NCBI GenBank assembly: GCA_001775055.1
Contig: MFBU01000022.1
Span: 3,278-67,277, forward strand
Source of the DNA: Candidatus Curtissbacteria bacterium RIFCSPLOWO2_02_41_11
GTDB taxonomy: Bacteria > Patescibacteriota > Microgenomatia > Curtissbacterales > GWA2-41-24
Direction: 5' to 3'
DNA length: 64,000 nt
Below are positions 20,374-28,998 of the stretch, piece after piece (position 1 is the first letter of the stretch; each line of letters begins with the position of its first letter). A model generated the notes under the pieces. It was not told the DNA's origin and ran no database searches. It saw only the letters and a program-made list of their open reading frames with translations. A program made the translations under genes and the position numbers.

Positions 20374-21130
20374 AGATCTGAAAACCGACAGACTCTTGTG
20401 GATTTTTTAAAACTTTGCGCTTTTTCCATTCGAGTAGTTTTTTGTAAACTGTCAAAGAAAATCCGCCAATTAAATCAAATACAGGAGCCAAAGGCATGTC
20501 TAAAACGACAGGTCTTACGAATTTTACTTCAAAATTGTACTTTCGGCAAAGCTTTTCGATCTCCCCTTTGGTATATTCCCGTTTATGATCATAATCAGAA
20601 TAATAAAAAAGGCCAACACTTGCCTGAAGCTTTTTCCATGAAGTTTCTCGATTGGGAAGTGATAAAAAAAGTTTCCCCTTTGGCTTCAAAACTCTTCTGA
20701 TCTCTCGCATTGCCAAATTTTGATTTTTAAGATGTTCCAGAACGTCTAAACACAGAACTGACGAAAAAAAGTTATCTATGTATGGAAAAGATTTCTCAGC
20801 ATTGACTGCTTCAAATCGTATATTTTTGATTTTTTCGTCACTTGCTCTTCTGGATGCAATCTCGATTATCTTGCTAGAAATATCAAAGGCAACAACTTTT
20901 TTAACTTTTGGGCTGATGTTTATTGAGTGTTGACCAAGGCCACAGCCCATATCCAAGACAATGTCTTTTGCGGAAAGATATTTTAAGTACCACGGAGTTT
21001 TTTTAATTAAATGTTTCGGGTGGATTGGATATTTTGATTTGCCAGTAATTTTTGTAAGCCTTATTGAAAGTGCCGATAAATACTGCAGCTTCTGAAGGGT
21101 CAGAATCACATTTCTATTCAATAACCTCAT
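20342..21130 (-). CDS. Class I SAM-dependent methyltransferase
   Basis: 'VLDMGCGLG', 'DVLEHL', 'RRVLKPKG', 'DHKREY'. Confidence 0.9.
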   Translation of the reverse strand: MRLLNRNVILTLQKLQYLSALSIRLTKITGKSKYPIHPKHLIKKTPWYLKYLSAKDIVLDMGCGLGQHSINISPKVKKVVAFDISSKIIEIASRRASDEKIKNIRFEAVNAEKSFPYIDNFFSSVLCLDVLEHLKNQNLAMREIRRVLKPKGKLFLSLPNRETSWKKLQASVGLFYYSDYDHKREYTKGEIEKLCRKYNFEVKFVRPVVLDMPLAPVFDLIGGFSLTVYKKLLEWKKRKVLKNPQESVGFQIYAINQKPVAV

Positions 21131-22239
21131 GACACCAGTTTTTGGAAAATTTCTTCTCGCCGGCTAACTAATTTTTGCCAGTTAAACTCCCTTTCTGCTT
21201 TTCGAAGAGCATTTATACCCAGTGACTTTCTCAATTTTTCACTTGTTATTAACTGACTAACTTTCCCAATCCAGTCATTTAAATCATTTTCTTTGGCTAA
21301 AAAGCCATTAATACCGGGGACGATAGCTTCACGTGCCGACCAAGCATCCGTAGCCACAACTGGTTTTGTACAGGACATTGCCTCACCGATTACAATTCCA
21401 AAACCTTCGTCTTTGCTGGGGATGACAAAAATGTCACAGAGATTGAAATGCTTAAGTTTGGCGTCTCCAAATACCTTGCCGACGAAAATAACATCTGTTA
21501 ATTTTTTTTCTTTTACAAAAGAAAGCATTGTTTTTTTTAGCGGTCCCTCTCCACAAATTAGTAGTCCGACATTTTGATACTTTATCTTCAAATTTTGAAA
21601 CAATTTTAATAAAAACAACGGGTTTTTTCTTTCGATAAGAAGACCCATAAACATTAAGATAACCTTACCCTCTAGGCGATATTTTTTTAGAAGCGATGCA
21701 TCTTTTGGTTGTGGTTTTAGAAACATGTCAGTGCCGTTGTAAATTACATGGATTTTATTTTTAACCAAACCATATCTTTTAACCAGCCAGTTTTTGACGT
21801 ATAAACTTACGGTAATAATCGCATCATATTTTGCGGCGGTCATTTTATTTATTAGATCAAAAAGCATATTATTTTCTACTAAATGATGAGTGGTAGTAAT
21901 CGGTACTTGGGGGTGAAAGAATTTAAAAATCAATGCGCCGAGGCCGACAAAGTAAGGATTGTGAACTCTTAAGATATCAAACTTTTCTTTTTTGTAGGTG
22001 CTAAATAAATAAGGAATAATTAAAAAATTAAAAAGAAAGGCCGGTATGTGTTTGAAAGGAGCTCTCTGGACAATTATGTTATGGTGTTTTCCGTATGGTC
22101 GATCCTTAGGCAAATAAACAAAAATTGTGTGGCCTCTCTTGGCAAGTGAATGCAAAACAAAATGGTCATGAACTTCTCCGCCGAGGTCAGAGTTGGGATT
22201 AAATCCTAATTGAGGAGAGCAAATTTTTAGCTTTCTCAT
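21127..22239 (-). CDS. GT4-family glycosyltransferase
   Basis: 'LGGE', 'IYNG', 'DIFVIPSKDEGFGIVIGEAM'. Confidence 0.92.
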   Translation of the reverse strand: MRKLKICSPQLGFNPNSDLGGEVHDHFVLHSLAKRGHTIFVYLPKDRPYGKHHNIIVQRAPFKHIPAFLFNFLIIPYLFSTYKKEKFDILRVHNPYFVGLGALIFKFFHPQVPITTTHHLVENNMLFDLINKMTAAKYDAIITVSLYVKNWLVKRYGLVKNKIHVIYNGTDMFLKPQPKDASLLKKYRLEGKVILMFMGLLIERKNPLFLLKLFQNLKIKYQNVGLLICGEGPLKKTMLSFVKEKKLTDVIFVGKVFGDAKLKHFNLCDIFVIPSKDEGFGIVIGEAMSCTKPVVATDAWSAREAIVPGINGFLAKENDLNDWIGKVSQLITSEKLRKSLGINALRKAEREFNWQKLVSRREEIFQKLVS

Positions 22240-23057
22240 GCAATTTTAAATAGTCTTGCCAATTTGGTTTTCAGTCCAATTGGCATAAAATAAGTCAATA
22301 AGAACATTTTTGTGAGACCATAAAGACCAAACAAATCAATGCCATCTCTTTTAATTGATTCCCATTTGATTCTTAGGTCAAGTCTATTCATTAAACCCAT
22401 TTGACTGATTGATCTTCTGCTGTTGCTTAGACGCCACATGAGTAATTTTTTATTGAGATTTGCCATTTTGAAATTTTTTCTTGCTCTCATTAATAGATCG
22501 TATTCTTCAGTAAAATCAAATTCACTTCTGTAACCTCCGGATTTTACAAAAAAATCTCTTTTTCCCATAAATGTTGGGTGGATGATACAAGGATAAATAC
22601 TTAAAGTTCTTTTGATCTGCCGATTGGTGGTAGGTCTGGTCTTACTACCAACTATTTTACCCGTATCATCTATTAGAGTGACCCATGTTCCACAAAGATC
22701 AATTTCCTGATGCTTAGTAAGATATTTTATTTGTTCTTCAAAACGGTTAGATAAACTTATGTCATCAGCATCCATTCTGGCGATGAAGTCGCCCTGAGCA
22801 AGGCGTATGGCAATATTTAGAGACGCAGCTAGTCCCAAGTTTTTTTTATTTTGAATAAGCTTTACTCTTTTGTCTTTCAGACTTTTCAAAAACTGCCAAG
22901 TTTTGTCGCGCGACGCATCATCAACGATGATAAATTCGAAATTTTTGTAGGTTTGGTTAAGAATGCTTTTTACAGCCTCTTTTAGATAAGGCAAACCATT
23001 ATAAACAGACATAATGACGCAAATTTTAGGATCTCTTTTCAAGGTTCGGTCGCTCAT
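22236..23057 (-). CDS. GT2-family glycosyltransferase
   Basis: 'VIMSVYN', 'VDDAS', 'ARMDADDIS', 'EEYDL'. Confidence 0.92.
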   Translation of the reverse strand: MSDRTLKRDPKICVIMSVYNGLPYLKEAVKSILNQTYKNFEFIIVDDASRDKTWQFLKSLKDKRVKLIQNKKNLGLAASLNIAIRLAQGDFIARMDADDISLSNRFEEQIKYLTKHQEIDLCGTWVTLIDDTGKIVGSKTRPTTNRQIKRTLSIYPCIIHPTFMGKRDFFVKSGGYRSEFDFTEEYDLLMRARKNFKMANLNKKLLMWRLSNSRRSISQMGLMNRLDLRIKWESIKRDGIDLFGLYGLTKMFLLTYFMPIGLKTKLARLFKIA

Positions 23058-24121
23058 GTCAATGTTTGGTAAATTTTAAATATTTTTTTAGCAGTTTCGT
23101 CCCAGGAGTAATTTTTCTTTACTATTTCATAACCTCTTTGGCCATATTTATCTATATCTTTTGCAAAAAGAAGGCCAATAATTGCTTTTTCGAGTCCTTT
23201 GTAATCACCTGGGTTGACTAATATCCCGTTTTCTTTATCCTTAACAATCTGTTTGAGACTTCCCACTCGTGTTGCAATAACTGGCAACTTGGCCGCCCAT
23301 GCTTCTAAAACAACAATACCCTGCCCCTCATAAAGAGAGGGGAGGACAAAAATACTGGCCTTCTTATACTCTTCGATTAGTTTTTTGCCAATCAGTTTTC
23401 CTTTAAGCAAAATTCTGCCTTTTAAGTTGTTAGAACTGACAAAATCTCGGATATTTTTTTCCTCTCTGCCATAACCAACTAAAACGAATTTGAGATTTTT
23501 AATCTTTTTACAAAGGTCATTGGCGACTTGAAGTAATAAGCTAATGCTCTTTTGAGGATGAAAGCGACCAACAAAAAGAATAGTCGGCACCTTATATTTT
23601 GCGACTTTAACTTTATTAAACTGAGATATATCAACACCGTCTGGAACATAATAAACTTTGTTTTTATTGGAAATCTTTAAGAATTCGGTGTTGTCAGTAA
23701 TTTGGGCAGAATATCTTAATTTAAGAACTAGGAACTTCTCAAGAAGATTATTAGTATTAAGTGCGAATACAGAAAAAATAGTGGGTGTTTTATTGAAGTG
23801 GCTAGCAGCCAATACTGGAAAACCGGCAACAAATGGGAAGGCATGAACAATGTCATACTTTTTCCCCAGGAGATATTTAAAAGAAAGAAGGATAAAAATT
23901 AAGCGAGAAAAATTATTATTCCAGGGTAATCTAGGGCCTAAATAAATTATTTTTAGATTTTTGGGTAATGTTTGAATTTTTTGATTGGGAAATCTGCGTG
24001 TGATAATATCAACTTGACAAGAAAAATCGGCGGTTAGCCTTTTGGCGACTTCCCAGGCAACTTTAGGACCTCCGCCTATTATTGGAAACCAGGTGTCCGA
24101 CATTATACAAACTTTAAACAT
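23054..24121 (-). CDS. GT4-family glycosyltransferase
   Basis: 'FVGRFHPQK', 'FVLPSLYEGQGIVVLEAWAAKLPVI'. Confidence 0.92.
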   Translation of the reverse strand: MFKVCIMSDTWFPIIGGGPKVAWEVAKRLTADFSCQVDIITRRFPNQKIQTLPKNLKIIYLGPRLPWNNNFSRLIFILLSFKYLLGKKYDIVHAFPFVAGFPVLAASHFNKTPTIFSVFALNTNNLLEKFLVLKLRYSAQITDNTEFLKISNKNKVYYVPDGVDISQFNKVKVAKYKVPTILFVGRFHPQKSISLLLQVANDLCKKIKNLKFVLVGYGREEKNIRDFVSSNNLKGRILLKGKLIGKKLIEEYKKASIFVLPSLYEGQGIVVLEAWAAKLPVIATRVGSLKQIVKDKENGILVNPGDYKGLEKAIIGLLFAKDIDKYGQRGYEIVKKNYSWDETAKKIFKIYQTLT

Positions 24122-24128
24122 TGCTCAA

Positions 24129-24137
24129 ATTATAGCA
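24129..24137 (-). promoter_or_regulatory. Extended -10 box (TGnTATAAT) 7 nt before the start codon; probable leaderless promoter
   Basis: Minus strand reads TGCTATAAT-ttgagca-ATG(24121); no Shine-Dalgarno. Confidence 0.6.
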
Positions 24138-24157
24138 AGCTGTTCTCTATTAAACTA

Positions 24158-25015
24158 ATGAGATATTTAGTAACAGGAGCAAACGGGTTTATCGGAAGAG
24201 AAGTAATTAAACATCTCAGAGGTGAAGTTCGTTGCCTAACCCATAAAGAATTCCTGACGGATCACCCGAAAAACATAGTCCATTTCAAAGGTAATTTATC
24301 CGACAGACAGAGTCTCGATCAGGCAGTTGAAGGAGTAGATGTAATTATTCATCTGGCTGCGATAACCAGATCTAAAAATAAACAAGATTATTTCTTAATA
24401 AATACACTTGGCACTAAGAATCTCCTCGAATCTGCCGAAAAAGCTCATGTTAAAAGGTTTATACATATTAGTACCTGGGCGTTAGATCCCAGAGGTGGTG
24501 CTTATTCGGTTTCCAAATTAAAAGCTGAAGAAGAAGTTCGAAAACATAAAAATTGGGTGATAATAAGACCCGCAGATGTATATGGAGATCAAGGATGGCT
24601 AAAAACTCTTGTTAAATTCATAGAAAAATCACCTCTGGTCCCTATTATTGGGGACGGAAAACAGCTAGTTTCCCCGGTTTTCGTTGAAGATGTGGCAAAA
24701 GCAATCTCTGCATCAAGCCTAAAAAAAACACTGTATAAAAACTATACACTGTGCGGTCCTGAGCTTTTAAAATTTGATGAGATGACCAAAAAAATCTCAC
24801 AGTTTTTAAAACTTAAAAGAAGAATCATCTATGTTCCAAAGAGACCTGTTATTTTATTTGCAAAATTGATGTCTTTGGCAGGCTTTCCTAACATAGAAGA
24901 AATGGTCCGGCGTCAATTATCATTTAAATACTACAAAAGTGAAAATAATCCCAAAGAACTAAGTTTTAATCCGATTAACTTCGAAAAAGGACTTACAAGA
25001 GTGTTATCAAGTTAA
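24158..25015 (+). CDS. NAD-dependent epimerase/dehydratase (atypical/extended SDR)
   Basis: 'VTGANGFIG', 'HLAA', 'YSVSK' (YxxxK), 'IRPADVYG', 'VEDVA'. Confidence 0.9.
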   Translation: MRYLVTGANGFIGREVIKHLRGEVRCLTHKEFLTDHPKNIVHFKGNLSDRQSLDQAVEGVDVIIHLAAITRSKNKQDYFLINTLGTKNLLESAEKAHVKRFIHISTWALDPRGGAYSVSKLKAEEEVRKHKNWVIIRPADVYGDQGWLKTLVKFIEKSPLVPIIGDGKQLVSPVFVEDVAKAISASSLKKTLYKNYTLCGPELLKFDEMTKKISQFLKLKRRIIYVPKRPVILFAKLMSLAGFPNIEEMVRRQLSFKYYKSENNPKELSFNPINFEKGLTRVLSS

Positions 25016-25041
25016 ATTTCTAAAAAAAATTACTACTGATC

Positions 25042-26181
25042 TTACAAATTTCTGCTAACTGTAGATTTGTAAACTTCTTCGGTGTATTTGGCAACCTTTT
25101 GCCAACTATAAATTCCAGCTAATTGCTTTGCCTGCTTACTTTTTTGATTATACAGAGTTTTCCTAGTTAACAACTCATAAAATCTTTTTGAAAAGAGTAG
25201 TGGTTCTCGGGGATCTACCATAAAACCGCCTTTTGAATTATTGGTTACTTCTCGGTGAGCAGGAATATCAGAATTAACATAAGGAAGGCCTGCGCAGCAA
25301 GCTTCAATAGTAGCAATGCCAAAACCTTCCACTAAACTTGGTAATGAAAAAATGTGCGAAGACTTAATTAATCGAATCAATTCTTTTCGTGGTAAATTGA
25401 AAAGAAATTGCACTTTAGAGTTTATTTTGAGGGCTTTGGTCAGATTTTTTAAGTTGTGATACTCGGGTCCAGTTCCAACAATTATTAATCTCACCTCCTT
25501 TAGCCTTGTTGAAAGGTGGGCAAATGCAAGAATTAAAGTCCTTAAATTTTTATATTTAGCAAGTCTGGAGACACAGATAATCGTCGGTTTTGGGAATTTT
25601 TTAAGGGAAGTTTTAAACTCTTTGTGATCGATTCCGCACGGCACAGTATAAATTCTACCTTTAATTCGCCCTTTAAGCTTTTGGGCGGTCTGTTTGGAAA
25701 TGGCAATATACGAATCGAAACCAAGTATTAAATTTAATCTTTCCAAAATTTCCCCAAAAATACCCCAAAAGCCTGCATTATTAATCCAAGAGCCGACCCA
25801 AACATCCGGATACCAAGCCACGGAGGGAATTTTTTTTCTTTTGGCAATTATTTTGGCAATGAAATGTGTAATAAAATTTGACCCATCAACAACCTCTATA
25901 TCAAGGGTAGTACCAAAACTGATTGCATCTTTAATAAAATAGATTCTTTTTGACAAACCACCGACCGTTGCCATGTATGAACGTCTAGGCCCAACACGAT
26001 AAACAGTAAAGTTAAACATCTTTTCTACTTTCGGACTAGTTAAGCCTCTGCTTGTGATTACACAAATCTGATGTTTTCTGGCTAGATATTTTGCAAGATA
26101 AAATGTTCTGGCTTCAACTCCACCAGAAAATTTTAAATCTTTCCCTGTCGGGAAAAATTCAGAAATTAGAAGAATTTTCAT
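25042..26181 (-). CDS. GT4-family glycosyltransferase
   Basis: 'GGVE', 'VSRLAKYKN', 'LPSLVEGFGIATIEA'. Confidence 0.92.
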   Translation of the reverse strand: MKILLISEFFPTGKDLKFSGGVEARTFYLAKYLARKHQICVITSRGLTSPKVEKMFNFTVYRVGPRRSYMATVGGLSKRIYFIKDAISFGTTLDIEVVDGSNFITHFIAKIIAKRKKIPSVAWYPDVWVGSWINNAGFWGIFGEILERLNLILGFDSYIAISKQTAQKLKGRIKGRIYTVPCGIDHKEFKTSLKKFPKPTIICVSRLAKYKNLRTLILAFAHLSTRLKEVRLIIVGTGPEYHNLKNLTKALKINSKVQFLFNLPRKELIRLIKSSHIFSLPSLVEGFGIATIEACCAGLPYVNSDIPAHREVTNNSKGGFMVDPREPLLFSKRFYELLTRKTLYNQKSKQAKQLAGIYSWQKVAKYTEEVYKSTVSRNL

Positions 26182-26546
26182 TTTTTGCTTGTTTTTTGAC
26201 GATTCTTCACAGAAGAATGAGAAGAATTTTGGAGGGCAAGTTGTCTAATAAGATATGTAATTTCGTGACGGAGATCTTCGATCATTACATAAATTCTAAA
26301 TACCAAATAAAAAAGGAGAGCCAAAGAAAGGTAAACGATAACATCAACACCTCTGCCGACACCAAAATATGAGGCAAGCTTCGTTGTCGTCCCGGGTAGG
26401 ATAACGCCCACGAAAGCCGCTAACCAAATCAAGAACCAAAAGAATCCGACCTGGGTAGAAATAACTTTTTCTTTAATTCTTAAAAGTACTCTTGAAATAG
26501 CAAATAATATAAAGACCAATAGTACAATTTGGATGGTTGTCAACAT
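26178..26546 (-). CDS. DUF2304-family small membrane protein (GacJ-like accessory of a lipid-P-sugar synthase)
   Basis: 122 aa with 3 TM helices, 'W..IW', 'FGVGRGVD', 'IT.LIRQLAL'; lies directly downstream of a DPM1-like GT2. Confidence 0.85.
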   Translation of the reverse strand: MLTTIQIVLLVFILFAISRVLLRIKEKVISTQVGFFWFLIWLAAFVGVILPGTTTKLASYFGVGRGVDVIVYLSLALLFYLVFRIYVMIEDLRHEITYLIRQLALQNSSHSSVKNRQKTSKK

Positions 26547-26610
26547 TTCAAAAATTCGCTGGTATTATATATCAGCCCTGCTGGCTCAGCAACAAGTTGA
26601 ACGATTAACT

Positions 26611-27291
26611 TTATCTCAGTAACTTAACTAAAAATCTTGCAAAAACCGGGATTGCATTAATATTTTTTTGGCCTTTGATTCTGGAATAATCCGTATAGAT
26701 TGCCTTTATTGGCACTTCAATAACTTTCAAATTATGCCTCTTTGCCTCAAGAAGTATTTCTGATGAAAAATCCATTCTGTCGGCCTTGAAATCAATAAGA
26801 TCTATAGTTTTTTTGGAAAATGCTCTAAGTCCAGATTGTGAATCCGTAGAAAGAACTCCATATAGAATAAAAGTGGCAAAGTTGGCAAACCAATTAAGAA
26901 GAAACCGATCGGATGGGATTACTTGCTTATTTAAAAAGCGTGAACCGATGACCACATCCGCTTTTTTTAAAATAATTGGCTGAATTAACTTTGAGATATC
27001 GCGAGGATCATGCTGTCCATCTGCGTCAAAAGTAACTACGATATCAGCATTTTGCTTTTTTGCCCAAGAAAAACCGGTTTTAATTGCTGCGCCAAGACCT
27101 CTATTTAATAAATGTCTGACAATATTAACGTCGGCTCTTTGCGCTTCTTTAAGTGTCTGATCCAATGACCCATCGTCAATTACGACAACATCAACATTCG
27201 AAACGCCCTTAAGTCTTCTGGGTAAAGATTTTAAAACCTTAAATATTACTTGGGATTCATTAAATGCTGGAACAGCAATAACAATTTTCAC
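26611..27291 (-). CDS. GT2 DPM1-like polyprenol-phosphate glycosyltransferase (GacI/AglK-like)
   Basis: 'PAFNE', 'DDGS', 'NRGLGAA', 'FDADGQH', 'GSRF', 'DSQSGLRA'. Confidence 0.9.
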   Translation of the reverse strand: MKIVIAVPAFNESQVIFKVLKSLPRRLKGVSNVDVVVIDDGSLDQTLKEAQRADVNIVRHLLNRGLGAAIKTGFSWAKKQNADIVVTFDADGQHDPRDISKLIQPIILKKADVVIGSRFLNKQVIPSDRFLLNWFANFATFILYGVLSTDSQSGLRAFSKKTIDLIDFKADRMDFSSEILLEAKRHNLKVIEVPIKAIYTDYSRIKGQKNINAIPVFARFLVKLLR

Positions 27292-27297
27292 TGCTAA

Positions 27298-27678
27298 TTA
27301 CGAACGGGCTACAATAAAAATACCAAAAAGCATCACTACTATACCAACTATTCTTATAAAAGAAACATCCTCATTTAAAAATTTTATAGAACCAATGGTA
27401 GTAAACATAAAAACTATCGTTGCAAAAATTGGATAAGCCCGTGAGAGGTCATTAAATGTTAATACACGAAGCCAAATTAAAAAAGAAAGGCCATAAAGGC
27501 CAAGTCCTGCCAGGATAAATGGATTTGCCGCAGCTTTCGATATTTCAAGAAAAAGTTTTGTCAAGTTTCCACTCAAACCACCAAATGATAAAACCCCTTT
27601 TTTAAGAAGAATATTTGCCGTCACATTAAAAGTAACGCTTGTCAGTAAAAGAGCGTAAAAGTTTTGGAAAAAACTCAT
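27298..27678 (-). CDS. Small DMT/SMR-type membrane protein (ArnE/ArnF-like putative lipid-sugar flippase)
   Basis: 4 TM helices, 'W..VL...DLSRAYP', 'NE.VS..RIVG'. Start moved to ATG 27678 because the ORF-track extension only translates a repeat element. Confidence 0.8.
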   Translation of the reverse strand: MSFFQNFYALLLTSVTFNVTANILLKKGVLSFGGLSGNLTKLFLEISKAAANPFILAGLGLYGLSFLIWLRVLTFNDLSRAYPIFATIVFMFTTIGSIKFLNEDVSFIRIVGIVVMLFGIFIVARS

Positions 27679-27694
27679 GGTGTGATCATACCAT

Positions 27695-27774
27695 TGACAG
27701 CTGACAACTGACAACTGACCCTTCGATGGACTCAGGGTCATCCTGAGCTTGTCGAATGGATGACAACTGACATT
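27695..27774. repeat. TGACAAC heptamer array interrupted by an inverted pair of ~24-nt REP-like hairpins
   Basis: TGACAGC-TGACAAC-TGACAAC-[TGACCCTTCGATGGACTCAGGGTCA / TCCTGAGCTTGTCGAATGGA]-TGACAAC-TGACATT. Confidence 0.85.
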
Positions 27775-27785
27775 TGCTGAATCAT

Positions 27786-27813
27786 TTTGATATTTGAAAT
27801 TTAATATTTGATA
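27786..27813. repeat. TTTGA(T/A)A heptamer array
   Basis: TTTGATA-TTTGAAA-TTTAATA-TTTGATA in the same intergenic gap. Confidence 0.6.
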
Positions 27814-27819
27814 TTGGCT

Positions 27820-28911
27820 TTACGCTACCCAATATCCTTGAGTGAAAAGGGTAGTGCTGATTAAAAGAAGCATCACAAAAATTGTTAGGATTAAAATCTT
27901 AAAAAGAGTACTCTTAATTAAGCCTAAGACGATAAAAATTGGAAAGGCTACCAAGATGTATCTTGGCATTGAAGTCAGCGTTCCGGTTAAAGTCGGAGTT
28001 AAAACTGCCAAAAAACTAAAGACGAGCCACTCTGTTTTAACCTTCTTGTAAGCTACGACTAAAATAGCTAGAGCAAAGACAGTAGCAGTCAGCTCGAAAG
28101 CAGCTGATAACAAAGTCAACCCATTGGTTGTTGCAAGAATCTTCAAATACCTCCAAAAAACCTGTGGCAAAAGTACTATTTGAGTAGTTGATCTTTCTTG
28201 TCCCCAAACAGCTTGTGACGTTAAAAAATAAAAGGGATTATTGAACTCGATCCTTAAATAAAACATATAGACTAATAACCCTAGTGGTACTATCAATAAA
28301 GGAATTAATGACGTGACTTTTTTGCCCAACATCAGTGAAGGGGTAAGGAAAATTCCGATAAGTCTTGTCAAAGATGCGAATAAACCAATAATTGAGGCTA
28401 ACCAAATCTTATTTTTATCAAAAAGAAGAAAAACAGAAATTATCATTAAAAAAAATAAACCTTCGGTGTAAATTGAACCAAAATAGAAAGATGTCGGAAA
28501 TGTTAATAAAAAAAGACACGACCAAAAAGCTATTTTTCCGCCATGATATTTGTTAACAAGTTTGTGAAATATTACTAAAGCGAAAAAAAATGCAATATTG
28601 GAAATCAAAAGTCCAGCTATCAGAAAATTTCCAAAAGTTAAAAACGCGACAAATTTAATAAGTAAAGGGTAAAGTGGAAAGAAAGCCTGAGTATATTGAT
28701 AGACATAGCCATCTTTGGCAATTCTTAAATAGTGAACTCCATCAAAATTTCCAAATGACCAGATAAAGTGCGGTAAGTCAGTGTTAATTAACTCTTCTTC
28801 ATAGTAAGGAAAGCTTTTGCCGAAATTTGGTGGTAAAACTTGAGTGGCAATTGAGGTCACCGCAAACAACCCAATGCGCCAAATAAAGAAAAGAAGAAAG
28901 ATCTTTTGCAT
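27820..28911 (-). CDS. PIG-V/GT76-like GT-C mannosyltransferase-family protein
   Basis: 'NFDGVHYLRIAKDGY', 'AFFPLYP', 'YTEGLF', 'TRLIG', 'SMPRY'. Confidence 0.85.
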   Translation of the reverse strand: MQKIFLLFFIWRIGLFAVTSIATQVLPPNFGKSFPYYEEELINTDLPHFIWSFGNFDGVHYLRIAKDGYVYQYTQAFFPLYPLLIKFVAFLTFGNFLIAGLLISNIAFFFALVIFHKLVNKYHGGKIAFWSCLFLLTFPTSFYFGSIYTEGLFFLMIISVFLLFDKNKIWLASIIGLFASLTRLIGIFLTPSLMLGKKVTSLIPLLIVPLGLLVYMFYLRIEFNNPFYFLTSQAVWGQERSTTQIVLLPQVFWRYLKILATTNGLTLLSAAFELTATVFALAILVVAYKKVKTEWLVFSFLAVLTPTLTGTLTSMPRYILVAFPIFIVLGLIKSTLFKILILTIFVMLLLISTTLFTQGYWVA

Positions 28912-28919
28912 TTTTCTAC

Positions 28920-28991
28920 ATTCGTATGATTAGTATGAATTCGTATATTTGTATCGATGCTAATCTACTAATGGATGCTACTGATACGAAT
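28920..28991. repeat. Intergenic inverted pair of the same 37-nt unit as at 12768-12853, arms abutting at ATCGAT
   Basis: 28920-28956 matches 12817-12853 at 32/37 positions (by hand); 28955-28991 is the inverted copy. Confidence 0.8.
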
Positions 28992-28998
28992 TTTAATC

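Noticed and set aside
26579-26591. Small hairpin TGCTG-GCT-CAGCA between the DPM1-like gene and DUF2304
   Set aside because: Only a 5-bp stem with no U-tract and no second copy seen; too weak to call.
27679-27741. N-terminal extension MTLSPSKGQLSVVSCQWYDHT of the SMR-type protein
   Set aside because: It is a translation of the repeat element and covers the -10 box; ATG 27678 is the better start.
12768-28991. 37-nt repeats as a possible CRISPR array
   Set aside because: The copies are inverted pairs, internally repetitive, have no unique spacers, and no cas genes are present.
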